A stretch of DNA of 64,000 bases, taken from Microbotryum violaceum (taxonomy: Eukaryota). A program made the translations under genes and the position numbers. Below are positions 51,072-64,000 of this stretch, piece after piece (position 1 is the stretch's first letter; the number at the start of each line of letters is the position of its first letter). The notes below the pieces were generated by a model that was not told the origin of the DNA, ran no database searches, and saw only the letters and a program-made list of their open reading frames with translations. Where the stretch lies: contig CDLV01000005.1 of the NCBI GenBank assembly GCA_001244265.2, forward strand, positions 310,001 to 374,000, in the 5' to 3' direction.

Positions 51072-52427
51072 ACATCTTGTTTTTTTGTTCATAATCGCAA
51101 AGCATGGCCTTAAGTTCAACTATGGTACCTCGTCCGAAGTGTCGACCTTCTTTCCCAATCCCCAACCTTGCGATCATAAGGTAGTCAGTCCCATCGCACT
51201 ACGATAATTCGTCAATTTCGTGAAAAGAGGAAGTGGAAAACACACGCCCTTCCTTCTGTACCCAACCAAATCCGTCCACTTGCGTTGCGAGTACTCCATT
51301 CGAGGCCTCGCCCACAGCAGAAGAGAGGTGGGGTGTAGATCACGTCCCCCGCCGATGCGCAGTCAACAGGCGGCTTGCTTGCTCTCGCCTCGGCGACAGC
51401 GCCCACAACTCCAGGTCGCTTCTGGTGTGTACGCCTTTGTATCCTTTTCTGACGAAAAAAAGACGGTCCTCCAGCAACGTTGGTTGGCAAAAGCGCAAAG
51501 GCGCAAGAAAAACCTCCATAGAAAGCTCGACATGGCAGGCTGACGATGAGAACTTCATCCTGCGGCGCTTGATCAAATACCTTCGCCGAAACAACCTCGT
51601 GATAAGGTTACAAGCAGTACCCTAGAACGCTTTTATTGCCAAAACTCCTCGAGAGCTTCAAGTATCCATTCTCTCGACCCCTCGTTGATTCCCTCTCGTT
51701 GCCGCACCTCCGGAGTTTGACTTTCGACCATAGAGCGGTCCCGATGAATCATTTGATCCCCCTCCTCACGAGTGTGCTCGCAAAGTCGGCCTGTTTAAGC
51801 TCTCTCTCTCGACTCCGTACCCCAAAATAAGATTGCCTCCCGTCGCCAAGTACGATCACGGCATCCACTCTACAATATCGGACGCCGCACTCTCGTCCTT
51901 CTCCCGTCGCTGCACGAAACGTTCCATCGGTCCAAGTCCAACCGCGGGACTGGTAAAACTCTCATTCGAGTCTCCGAACACAGGCCGTTGAGTCGCCCTT
52001 GCTTCCGCGTCGACATTTCTCGTCTTGACCCTACACGTTTATCTTCCTCATGACCTCGATCCACAAAGCTCAAGATAATCGAAGCCAAAATCTTGCAAGG
52101 TACTAAAGTCCCTGAACCACCTTCCCCCTTACCTCTGTGATTCCTCTCGCAGCGAATCGCTGAAGAATCACCTTCCTGGACAGACTTACGCCTATTTCGA
52201 AAAGTGATGGGCACTCTTTGCTTTTATCTGGTCCGCAAACGAAACTCGTCTCGACGTAGAACAAGACCTTTCCTTTTCCTGCTTGCAATTGTTCTCCGTC
52301 ATCGGCGTACGGGTGTCATCCCAAAAGCAAACCTCGGTCCCAGGTGGTCAGTGACAAGGTGTTGCGAACATATTACAACAAAGCTACATCCGGAAACAAT
52401 CTAAAACAAAATGCTCATCCCCTCTGT

Positions 52428-55149
52428 CTATCCAGCGAATGCTTCCTCGTCCAACTCGACCCCAAACTCATCCTTGGCCATCTTACTAATCTGCCTCTGC
52501 AACAGATCCTCGAACCCTTCATGATCCTTCTTCATCACCACTTTGAAGAACCACTGTCTCGCTTGCGTCAAGGCGAAGCCCACATCGACGAAAAGGAGAA
52601 CGACGCGGAAGAGGAGCGAACGGAAGGTCTCGACGGCGTAGGTTTTGAGACCGACATTTTTTAGGGTGAGCGAGCGTCGGAGGGATTGGGAGGCGGTGTA
52701 TTCGAGGCCTGCTGAGGCCCAGTGGGCGAGAGAGTTGATCCGGTTCGAGGGGGAGCCGAGTTGTTCTGCGGTTGGGAAGGTATAGATGAAATTCGTTAGT
52801 AGGTTTGAGAGTGGAAGCTCATCGGTGTGACGACTCACGATTGTTGGCTTGCATCATTCGTGCCGTTCGGCCCAAGAAGATCAACTGCGAAGCGTACACT
52901 CCGTCAGCTACATCCTACCTTCCCCCTCTGCAAACGCCCCAACGAACCTCTTTAGGAATTTTTTCCTGATTCTGCAACATATCCCTCAACCTCTCCTTCA
53001 ACCCATTCGGCTGCTCGTACTTGCTCACTTCCTTAGGCCTGTCCTTCTCCCCCCATTCTTCCTTCCTCTTCTCCCCCAACTTCCTCTCCTTCAAACCGCC
53101 ATCCACTTTCTCCGCGCCTGCGCCTTTCTCCTTATTCAATCGATGAGGTCTCAAGAGGGTCATGGAAGCGAACATCTCGGAATGTTCTTTCGCGATCCCC
53201 CAAGATTGGACGATCCCTTCGATCGTTTTGGTATCCCCGACGAAGAGCGATCGCCAGAGGAGACAATATTGGAGCCGGAACTCCTCGGTCAAGGGGATGT
53301 AGAGTCCGTGATCGATGAGGATGAGTTGGGGTTTGCGTGGATTCGAGGGGTGAGGTCGAACGAGCAAGTTGCCGGGGTGCTGAAGCAAGTCAAAGCGTGA
53401 TATAAAGGGCAAACGTCAGCGATCGTCGGGCCATGATTTACGACTATAGCTCACTCACCGGATCGCAGTGCACCCAGCCGAACTTGAACATCTGCGCTCC
53501 AAGAAGTCCATTGGCGATGTCCATCACAGCTCTGGAGATGAAGAGAAGTTTGAGTAAGGCCGATTGTCCTACGCGCGTGCGCAGTCAACGGAGCATTCGC
53601 TCGCGCTCACCTCGGGGACAGGTGCCACTGTTCCAATTGCTTCTTGTCAGTCAGTTTGCATCCATCGAAGAAACTGCGTAATTGAGATGGAATAGACGTC
53701 ATATCAGTTCAGGGCAACCCAAAGCGATTGATGAGGAATTTGAAAGTACTCACTCGGCCGTCATCACCGCCTCGCTCGTCCAATCCCAGTAAACCTTGGG
53801 TACCAGAACCTTATCCTTCAAGCTGGTCTCCTTTTCGAGGTACGCCGCTGTCTTTTCCGCATTCCGGGCCTCGTTTGCCAGGTCGACTTCGAGGCGCATC
53901 CGGGCGGTTACTTCGCGGGAGACGAAGGATACGGGCATGTCGAAGAGCTTTTCGTAAGTCCAGAGGAGAGCGCGGTATGACATAAGGTCCCTGTGGAACC
54001 ACGACCGCAAAGAAATGAGCCCTTTGCCCACTTATTTCCTGGGCTCTCTTGAACGCACCACTCGACTTGGATCACCACGCTCGGTTTCCTAATCTTGACC
54101 GCAACCCAACCCTCTCCTTCCTTCCAAGGCTGTTCTCCTGACTTGCGCTTGATGCGAGCACGATGGACTTGGGCGATCGAAGCTGAAGCGATGGGATCAC
54201 GGGAGAATTCGTCAAAGGCGTCGTCTGGGTGGGTCCCGATGAATTCTTTCTCAAAGATCTTTTAATGAAAAAAGGACATCAGTCAACGCGCATAGAGCTC
54301 GGAAGGAAAACTCGACCTCAAACTGACCTTGACGACCTCATCGAAGCGTACATGCGGAGCTTGATCAAACACATTTGCAAACGCCTCTCGATAAGGCTTG
54401 GGCAAGATCGCAGCCTGAATCGCCAAGGACTGTGCGAGCTTGATGTAGAGTCCGCCGTTGGTGACGCAAAGGTCGTTGATGCGATGGGCGACTCGTTCGT
54501 GCAGGGCGTCGATCGCGGTCGCGTTGTCGGGGTTAAAGTTGAGTTTAAAATCCAGGGCCATGACAGCTCTGAAAAAAGGGTGGAAGTGAGCGAAGTGAGC
54601 GAAGTGTACTCGTGCTCGTATTTTCCTGCGCTGATCGCTATACCCGATGGCGGAAAGCCGGTGACGTCTCGAGATTTTCTTGCCGAATGCATCCAGTTTT
54701 CAAGCCCCGATCGAGGATATGATAATGAGGTGCACGACTGACCCTACATAAGCGGTCCTGGCGGTCCTGGTCAGAGCCGAAGCGTAGTAGGTGTTGTCCC
54801 ACGCGTAGAGGGCGACTCCGAGTCCGACGACGATCGCCGAGTTGCGAGCTCGTCGAGGCCATTTCAAAGACCGCGGGGGGTGCTTGGGTGCCGAGGAAGA
54901 GGAGGAGGAGTATAATCGGTAGCTAGAGTGGTAAGCGCGGGTCGATAATGAGCGTGAGCGCGCTGTAGTGGGTCTGTTCCGCGAAGGAGAGGACGAGGTC
55001 GTTACAGCGAGCGATGACGACGACGACCGGGACAGGGACCGGGACAGGGCTCGACTGAAGAGCACTCCCGCGGAGGATCGTACTCGGCTCGATGGGAAAG
55101 GGAGGCTATGCACCAGGGAACGGTATGTCGCCCGAGCTCGTTGAAGCAT
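52428..55149 (-). CDS. ABC1/UbiB-family atypical kinase (ADCK1/Mcp2-like), mitochondrial
   Basis: Motifs [10 protein letters not shown] (KxGQ-like), [54 protein letters not shown] and LILIDHGLY. Arg/Ser-rich presequence. Confidence 0.92.
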
Positions 55150-55485
55150 GCGAGGGGTATGGCGTGTATTGCGGAAGGGCGGAAAAAGATCTGAAGGTGG
55201 AGCTCGGTCGAGCTGGGAAGGGATGCGTTCGCAATCGATCGACTAATAGTGATAAGACTAATTAGGAATCTCTAGTGATCGACTGGCCACTGGCAGCCGC
55301 CACGCGGGCCGCTTCCGCTGGTTCCCGATGGCTCGGCGCGCCAAACTCCGAAACCGAGCGAGCGCTGCCGACCCCGGAACGACGAATTAGCATGCGACGC
55401 TCTTCTCTGTCCTCACTGCCATCTGTCGCCCGCCCGCCACTTCACTCGACACCTCTCTCGAAAAACAAAACCCCGACCTTGAGCC

Positions 55486-57406
55486 ATGGCCTCCACCTCG
55501 AGACCATTGCTCGCCGCGTCGAGCCGGTGTCGTACCTCGTTGCGGACGAAGCCGAGCTCGATCCTCAGAGGAGCTGCTGTTGCCCACAGGGGCACGTCGC
55601 TGCTGTCCCGAGCGATCGCATGCTCGTGTGCGTCCACCTTCAACACCTGGACCTCGCAGTCAACCTCACTGCTGCTTCGACGAAATGCATCCTCCACCGC
55701 AGCCACCCCCTCAGCGCTGCCCCGCGTTGCATCGCTGCTCTCCACGGTCAGTCACAGTACCAGTCCCCTGCGAGAACTCGTCCTCGTCCTCGTCCTCGTC
55801 GTCGGCGAGAATCGGAGCTCGCATCGTGCTGAGTAGTCCTTGAGGTAATGATCCCAACAGCAACAACAAGCCAAATCGAGGATAGCCCCGTCTCCGTGGA
55901 CCGCGCTTAAAGACCGCATCATGTCCTCACGTCGGCCACTCACCACCGCCACATACGATCCGTCCACTTCCACTTCCTCCGCCTCGACCTTGGCCAATCC
56001 GTCTACGACACGGACCGCACCCGATCCACCCGAGGTCGCGCTCACGTCACCCATCGTTGCAAAGTACCTCTTCCTCATCGCTGGCATGGTCTTTTGCATC
56101 GTCGTCGTCGGTGGCATGACCCGTTTGACCGAGTCGGGCCTTTCCATCACCGAGTGGAACGTCGTCAATGGCATCCTGCCGCCCTTGGGTGCCGCCGATT
56201 GGGAATCCGAGTTTGCAAAGTACCGTGCTACACCCGAATTCAGGATGTGAGTCGACCTCATCAGAGATGCGGACTTCGGAGATGCGGGACCGCTCGGAGA
56301 AGAAAAGAAAATTTCTGATCAGGTGATTATTTCCTCACTCAGGCAAAACGCACACATCACCATCGACGAGTTCAAGAGCATCTACTACTGGGAATGGGCG
56401 CATCGTATCCTTGGTCGCGTTATCGGCCTGACCTTCGTCCTCCCCATCCCCTACTTTTACCTGCGACGCAAGGTCTCGCCCCGCATCGCTCTGTCCCTGC
56501 TCGGCATCGGCACCCTCATCGGCGCTCAGGGCGCTCTGGGCTGGTACATGGTTAAATCCGGACTCGACGAAAAAAGCGTACAGGACCTCGGCGGTGTCGC
56601 CCGCGTTAGTCAATACCGACTTGCCGCTCATCTCGGCATGGCCTTTGCCGTCTACGCGAGCTGCGTTAGGCTCGCCTGGGGCATTGGCAGGGATTGGAAG
56701 CTCGCCAGTTTGGGCAAAGGTCTCGGCGGATGGCCGACGCCCGAGCAGACGATCTCAGGCCTGCAGAGCAAGACCGTTGGTCGAGTACGAGCGATGGTCA
56801 CCGTCGTTTCGGCGCTCGTTTTCGTCACCGCGCTTTCAGGTGCTTTCGTCGCCGGTTTGGACGCCGGTCTTGTTTACAACGAGTTCCCTCTAATGGGTGG
56901 TCGATTGGTCCCTGCTAAGAGTGAATTGATCGATGATCACTATGCGCGCAAGTCGGACAAGTCGGACATGTGGCGCAACATATTTGAGAACCCGACGACG
57001 GTCCAGTTCGATCATCGTCTTTTGGTACGTCTTCATCTCGTAGTGAGCTGAGACAATTTGGCACGTGATTCTGATGAACTCGTTTGATTTCTGACAGGCC
57101 ACAACGACGTTCACCGCGATTGTTTCGCTCTTCCTCTATGCCCGCCGCCCCTCGATCCGACCGCACCTCCCACCCACGACCCTCCGTCTAATCAAGGGGA
57201 CGATGCACCTGTCCATACTCCAAGTCGCTTTGGGCATTTCAACTCTCATCTACCTCGTCCCTATCCATCTCGCCGCGACGCACCAAGCGGGTAGCCTGAT
57301 CTTGCTTACTCTGGCGTTGGGAAGTGGGGCCAGTTTGAGGAGACCTTCGAAGGTCGCGAGGGAGTTGATGAAGGTCAAGAAGATGGGCCAGTTTACGAGG
57401 ATCTGA
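55486..57406 (+). CDS. COX15: Heme A synthase
   Basis: Motifs [97 protein letters not shown] and LAATHQAG. Confidence 0.97.
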
Positions 57407-57952
57407 GAGGAGGTATAAAAAGAGGTATAAAAATTTAGAATGGTTATCTCTTGATGAGAGTCTTCTTCGCCGCTCAAAAACCATGGTACCAAGCGTGGCC
57501 TGAGAGGCCGAGAGCGTTCTACACGTCAGCTGACGAGATATCTTAGACACCCCTGTCGACACCTTAGGGAATTGAGACTTGGTATTAGAACATCACGCTG
57601 TTTGAAGGCATCGGCTTAGATGGGGTATCATACTTGGCGGAAAACCGTGTTATTCGGACATTACCCATTGCAAAGCTCGGGCTTGGCTCGGTCTCGTTCA
57701 GGAGAGGCGGAGAGGGGGTGCGGGAAGATGTGGGGGTGGTGTGACGCCAAGTGCGGCGCGTATGATACCGACACCGGCGCTTGCCACGATGATGTTCCTC
57801 CTACTCGATCCACTCGCACTCTAGGGGACATTACTCCTCCACGGCTCGTTACGTTCCTCTCCCTTTTCCAGCTGGATCGCAGAATCTGCTCTTGCTCTCA
57901 CTTGTACGACCCAGTCTGCTCCCCCTCGTCCAGCATCGACTGATCCTCAGCC

Positions 57953-60585
57953 ATGAGTGGGTGGGACCAACCTGAAACTTCCACCCATGCTTTCGGCGAT
58001 TGGGGATCCAATGAATCCCATGCTTCTGGTGAATGGGGATCGACGGAACGTGACTCGTCTTCGTCCGAACAGACACGAACATCCGCTTCCTCCACGTACC
58101 CTCCTCACGGCACGACTGCGCCCTCGATCGCCTCGAGGCGCCAGCAGGCCCCCCACAACCAAGCCGTTCGATCGGCCCGCGGTAATCCCCCTCGCGGCTC
58201 GTCTTTCTCCTCCACTTCCACGATGGTTTATGTCCCTCTTTCGCTCAAGAGCGATCGCTCTCGTTACGAAGTAGGCCATTCCGGTGGCACTGCCAGTCAC
58301 GGTGGTGGGTGGATACCCACTCCGAGCCCGTCCGAGGCTCCCCAGGGGCCGCCTGAGTTTGATCAGCAACAGGCTCAGTGGGGGGTCTCGGAACGCCGAG
58401 GTGATACCGCCGACAAGACTGCGTACGACAACTCTGCAGAAGGAGCATGGTCCATAAATCAACCCGATCTCAATCACAGTCCCACTCAGGACTCAGGTGG
58501 TAGTGGTGGGTGGTTCGCCTCCGGATTTGAGCAAATCCCCCCCGCCAATCTCAAGCCCACCACTGGCGCTCGCGATACCACCGCGGGCTCAAGCTCGTTC
58601 CGTCCCGATGCCACGCCTTACGAACCCGTCGACTCGGGAACCTCGACTACGAAGAATTCAATTGCCGAGTCGAGTCGTCGTCGCAAGGCTCAGCAAGGTA
58701 AGAGCTCATCCGCTTCTCTGTGCCCTCCTCATTGGCGTCACCACTGACCTCGATGACGCCTCACACCCGACAGCTTCCAAGGTTTCGCCGGAGGAGGGAG
58801 ACTTCTGCTCCTCAGCGGCGTCGATCGAGACCGAATCCTGGAATCCTGACGTAACTCCCAACACCTACTCTCGCTGGGCTCCAGAAGGGTACGTGCCTCC
58901 TCTCGTAAAGTACCCGATGAAGGTCCTCCGCCAAATCTCGAGCGACAGCAGTGCCAGTCCTCCCCCGTCGACCGCAAGTGACCACAGCACGGCCAAAGCT
59001 GCTTCCTCGCCTGTGGAGGGCAACGACCCCTCAGCTCAGATCGGGGTCACTTCACCTCCTCCGTCCCCAAGTCTTTCCAAGCTGCGCAACGAGATGTTCA
59101 AGCCGAGCGATGCCGATACGACTCGCCCTCGTTCCGACCAAGCGACGAGGGACTTGTTCACTGTCGCGACGTTGGAGCACAATTCGCGCGTCGTGGCCTC
59201 GATTCAAAGGGATTTTTCCGAGTCGGACCTTGCTAAACGAGAATACACGATGAAGTCGGACGAACCCGAGAAGATGATTCGGTCAGCGTCATTGCTCGAC
59301 ACCCCGCCGCACTTGAAGCTTAAGGCCCCAGCCCAGTCTGTCCCTGCTGCGCGCGGCGGTGCCGGCATGAGTCGTGGTGATCGTGTCGACGTGCGCCAGA
59401 GGTCCTCTCCTATTCAAGAGTCTCCTCCAGCCTCTGTTCAAGCTGAGAGCCCGAGGACGCAAAGGAGTACCAGTCTCGGTTTCGTCGAGTCGCCCAAACC
59501 TCTCGAAACCAGTCCTTGGAGTCGTAATGCTACTGGCGGCGGTCACGGATCACCTGCATGCACCGATACGACCTGGACTAAAGTGGGTTCGCTCGGAGCC
59601 GACACCTCTTCGTCGACTTCGGCATTGCACGGCATGAAAGGCCTGATGGACCACCTTCGCGAGATGTACGCCGAGAAACTCGAGTTGCAAGGTACGGTGC
59701 GCTCGCTCGAACGCGACCTCGCGGCGCAACACCAACGCACCTCCATCGCCGAAGCCCAGGCTCGCGTACACCAACACAAGGCCCATGATTTCGAGATCAG
59801 GTTACTCGAGGCGTTTGATAAGCGTGCTCTACTCGATTCAGAGCTCGAGGATCTCCAAACGCAGAACCAAGAACTTCGTCAACGCAACGCCGAACTCATC
59901 ACCGCTGCTGAGGAACGAGTCACGGCGGAAACTTCGACCAAGTCCGCGACTGCTTTGAGGGATCCCGACTTTGACAAGCACTACAAGGAGCTCGAGGCGG
60001 CCAAGACCGCGCTGGAGAAGGACAAGACGGCCTTGTTGGCCGATCGCTCGAATCTCGTCACTCGATTGAACGCGTCCGAGTTGGATCGCGCTTCGTTGAC
60101 GTGCCGTCTGTTGGTAGCGCAGCAGGATGCGATGGAGATGGGTAACCAGCTCGGGCTTGAACAACGTGAGACCGCGCGCAGTCAGAAAGTTGAAGCCGCC
60201 ATGGTTCGCGAGAACAAATCTCACTCGACCGAGAAGGAAGAGGAATCACTCGTCGAAGCTGCTCATTCGTCCCCGCACCAAAAAGTTGGAGCGACGAGGA
60301 GGTACTCACAAGACGAACTGCTCGCACTGCGCACGAGCCCGTTGATCGAGCAGCATACGTTAGAGCTTTCAGCCGCAGCTCAGGAGTCGAGGGATCTGCT
60401 TGCGTCGGCACCGCCAGAGCGTTCTACATTTTCAAACTCGGACAAGTCTCCGGAGGCTCAAAGCATGTCCTCACTCTCACCAGGACCATACCATGCGTGT
60501 CATCGAACTGACTCGCATGACCTCTTCTCTCTCAGTACCATCCTTTGCGGATACCACCTCACGCAACGGAACTGACTCTCAATAA
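57953..60585 (+). CDS. Large disordered protein with C-terminal coiled coil and a candidate eIF4E-binding motif
   Basis: Exon 1 57953-58697 (GTAAGA donor) joins in frame at 58774 to the long ORF. The N-terminal part is S/P/G-rich, a heptad coiled coil spans ~59630-60200, and RRYSQDELLALRTSPL follows. The end is uncertain: 60575 if unspliced, or 60585 via a possible GC-AG intron. Confidence 0.7.
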
Positions 60586-61036
60586 TCCAGCACCAAATCC
60601 CACACGATACAAAACTCCATTCTCGAAGAGGTCCTACTCGTCGAGAAAGACGAGTAACCGCAACCTCCCGTATCATACAGTCGGGGTACGAGTGGCGGCT
60701 CGACGGGAAGGTGCATATTTTGCCATCGTTCTCGTCGGACAGTTCTCCCAGCGGATCGATCAGAACAACACCGACTCGAGGGAGAAATTGTATGAACATG
60801 TGCATGAAAAAAAAAAAGCAAGGTTTAGGATCGTCAGGCGGGTCCGACGGGCGATCTCGACAATTTTATGTCTTCCGTAGATTCTGGGAAACGTAGGCTT
60901 TTCGAATCGCTTGTCAGGATGTGCAAAGACTTTCTTCCGGATCAGGGGGGGTATCAATTGCATGTAAAGAGTAGTCAATCACACGTTTCACAGAGGGGAT
61001 ATCGGTGACAATATCAAAGTTAATGAAGCGCTCGTT

Positions 61037-64000
61037 TCAAGTTCCCGGTCCAAAATAGTCCATCGATGCCCGGTCCGATGCTAAACGACCGGAAAAGGGC
61101 ACAGTTTAGCTTCATGAGGTCAAAAAAGATTATAACGCCTTCTCACTCACCGCTGCATCTCGCCCACTCCAGCGCCAACCTGAACACGTAAGCCTCCATA
61201 TCAGCGAATCGCCAATGCGTTTGCGCAAACTCTTGCCCCTGACGAGCGATGATTTGAGCCAAGTCGTCGTGGGCGTTCTCGCCGCGGAGATCGCCAGCGA
61301 AGAAGGCCATGACGTCGAAGAGGTCCGTGTAATCGACTTTGATGGGAATGTAGCTGTGGAGAGTAGGAAACGGTCTGCGGATCAAGACACAATAGCTGAG
61401 TGGATTAGGAGCATACTGCACCCAGGGTTGGATCCAAGACGAGTACCTGTGTGGGGGAAGAGAGTCAGTCACCACAGTGTAGTAGCTCGGTCAAAAAAGT
61501 CGCGAACTCACCATTCGGGGAAGATGGTACTTTTCAAGATCGCCTGATTCGCAGTGAGCAAGCGATGGAATCGACCCGACCAAGCATTGCCATCCAAATC
61601 CAACTGGTACTTGTACTCGTTCGCTTCGTTCCGCCCGAAACCTCGCTGAAAATCGAACAGTTGCCGAACGGCTTCGCAGGACCCGTCTTCCTCGGTACAT
61701 TGCCCTGCCTTGCCGGTGAAAGCAAAGTCCAAGTAGCGATCCACGAGAGCCTTGGTCGATACATCTCGTTCAATGATCGAAGGGACCCCACCGGGGGTAG
61801 CCGATCCTTGACCATCGAACCGCACGCGATGCGTCCCTGTCGTATCCTTCGATTTGAACCATAACCGCACGCGTTGGCTGTTCCGCCACCACGTGCTGCG
61901 GTCGAACCACACGCCCGTTGTTGTGCCGCGCCACACGACTTTATTATGTAGCTTCTTCCTCCACGCCGGGTCCCAGGGCTCGTGATCCCAATATTGCTCG
62001 AGCGGGGGCAAGAGGATGTCGGAATGCATCGAAGTTTTGGAGAAGGAGAAGATGGGTGCGAGGATCCCCGGACGGAGGCCGGGCCATGCAGTAAAACCTG
62101 TGAACGAGTGGATCGATGAGCATTAGAGCTACTAAGAGCGAAGGTGTCATACCGCCGACTGACCATGCATGTAACGCCATTCCGGGTTTTCGCACAAGTT
62201 CATGGCTCGAAGATGATTTGAAATGTAGCTCGGCCCCAGAGGAAGTGTCGTCGTTTCGAGGCCCTCACCCATCCTGCGCAAGCGAGAGTTGTTGGCACAA
62301 GCGAGCTCAAAGCCCCGGAGTCTGCGGCAAGAGAATCCAAAGATTTATTAAATGAAGTTCGGAACCTTGTTATCGAAGACAGAGCATACCCAGCGTCATC
62401 ATCGACGTGATCCAGCTCCCATTCGCCCAAATCTGCAAGAACCGAGAACAAAAACCTCTTTAGCTGACGAGAGGCGTAGGGAGAAACTGACGTTTGACGT
62501 TGAGCTCACAGACACCTTTCTTCGCAGCTTCCAGATGCTTCATCTTGGTTGTATAGTCCATGATCATGCTCGGCCCATCGTGCGCACTCATCATGATGTT
62601 AACCTCGTCGACATAACTCGCCCATCGCTTCATCAAGCCAGCTTGATCTTTTGCACGACCATTTTTGGCGTGCGCTCCCATGATGTCGAGTTCGCCGCCC
62701 TTGATCTGCATCGTAAAGGTCCACGATTCGTTTTGCAGGAGCATCGCTCGTTGGTTCAGCACCCGTGGCGGTAAAGCGTAGAACGGAAGAATGTCGGTGG
62801 TAATTTGGTCAAATTCGTCAATCAGCTTGACGTTGTTCTCTCGCGCGAATTGATACCTGTCAAATTATGCGAGTCGGGTGATTGATTTCCGACTGTATGG
62901 GGCCAGTTCGCACTAGAAATAGCGACATACCATCGATCGAACCCTTTCGGTGGATTCCTCCCGTGCCTCCACTTGTACTCCTTTACTGCCCCATAGAGGC
63001 TGGTACTTTGACGTGCCAGCTTGGCCTCCCACTCCCGCGTTGCGTTCTGGATGAGATCATGGACCGGATGGCGCTGTCCTTTCAGTCTTTTGGGTATCTG
63101 TTCCGGTGACAGGCTCGAGCTGACAGATGAAGGATCGAGAGCAGAAGGATGGAGGAAGACGAGTCCCGAGGAATGCTCCCTGAAACGAGGTGGGGGCATC
63201 TTGAGAGCATGCATTCCAAGTCTTTGGTTAACCCACGGGTATCTTCTCGCAGCTTTATCAGGAAAAATATACACTCACCTTTCCCCAGCTCCCCATTCCC
63301 AGACTAATCATGTTGGGTCCGAATGTTCCCATCATCGACAAAAAGATGCCGCACAAAAACGCCGGCAGCAGGAGTGTTGGCGGTATTCGTGGTCCAAAGT
63401 CTGCTCCTAACCATTTCGTCCATTTTGACCGGGTGGTTTTGCTATGATGTCCGAGATGAGGTGTCCCGAACGCGCTCGTCGCTCGTTCCCCATCCGAGAG
63501 TAGCGGTATACTCAGAGCGCTTCCACCGTTTCGCTCGGGGGTTGTAGAATGCTGTGCGCGGCGGCCAGAACCGAATAGATTCGCCTGCGTCTTCCACTGG
63601 TTTAGGTCGCCTTCCGGCGCTGTAAAAAAGTTTTGGTCGTGGGTCGACCCATCGTCGAGGCCCTGCATCATTGACTCGGTCGAAGAGGCCCGCCGAAGCG
63701 CGGATGGCCCTGGTGCCCGCGAGGGGCTCGGAGACGGGGATACGTTGAACGGCTGCGTGTACGTCAAAGACTGCCCCAGAAAAGGCGAAACTTTGTCGAC
63801 GACCTTTCCTTCTCGATTAATGTGGAACGTCGGGGTTTCTGGGCCATGCGCTGTCGGCGCCCGGCGATGTTGCAGCGGATTTGCAGGGACGGAGATGAGA
63901 CCCGGTGGTTCCGTTGGAAGTGAGGAGGTTCGGTCATTCTCGGGGGTGTCTGGGGGCCATTTAATGGGGGTGATCTTGGAACAGAAGAAGCGGAATGGTC
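61037..64000 (-). CDS. Glycosyltransferase family 90 (CAP10/CXT1-like xylosyltransferase); 5' end beyond the window
   Basis: Motifs HPVHDLIQNATREWEAKLARQSTSL...GRNPPKGFDRW, KVVWRGTTTG, YKYQLDLDGNAWSGRFHRLL, KSTIFPEW, HYIPIKVDYTDL and DMEAYVFRLALEWAR. A single TM helix lies near 63330-63400. The frame stays open to the window edge. Confidence 0.9.

Noticed and set aside
1-64000. Prokaryotic systems, CRISPR arrays, rRNA/tRNA genes and intact transposons
   Set aside because: The window is intron-rich eukaryotic DNA. I saw no repeat-spacer arrays, transposase/RT/integrase motifs, terminal repeats or recognisable RNA genes. Small ncRNAs cannot be excluded without covariance-model searches.

Overview
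A gene-dense, intron-rich eukaryotic window. It has short GT-AG introns with CTGAC/CTAAC branch points and is moderately GC-rich. It is most consistent with a basidiomycete yeast, probably Pucciniomycotina (inferred from gene structure and protein families, not from a database search). About 21 spliced protein-coding genes can be reconstructed. In order: a secreted S8 subtilisin (partial), a senescence/spartin-like protein, mitoribosomal mL46, COQ5, a small orphan, a nitrate transporter (NRT2), an Slt2/Mpk1-type MAPK, zuotin, a Zn2Cys6 transcription factor, nitrite reductase, nitrate reductase, a PLD-superfamily protein, an Na/K-ATPase-like P-type pump, proteasome beta-4, a BTB protein, ALG8, a DUF1772-like membrane protein, an ABC1 kinase, COX15, a disordered/coiled-coil protein, and a GT90/CAP10-like glycosyltransferase (partial). 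The best lead is a candidate nitrate regulon. The nitrate cluster is split, with NRT2 about 10 kb from NiR/NR and MAPK, zuotin and a Zn2Cys6 gene in between. The NRT2 promoter and the NiR/NR divergent promoter each carry about 9 GATAR sites and three copies of an everted-CGG motif, CCGA[A/C]ACGG. This motif differs from the Aspergillus NirA site, and the Zn2Cys6 gene next to NiR is the obvious candidate binder. No RNA genes, CRISPR arrays or intact mobile elements were recognised. CDS coordinates are start-to-stop gene spans including introns, derived by manual splicing.
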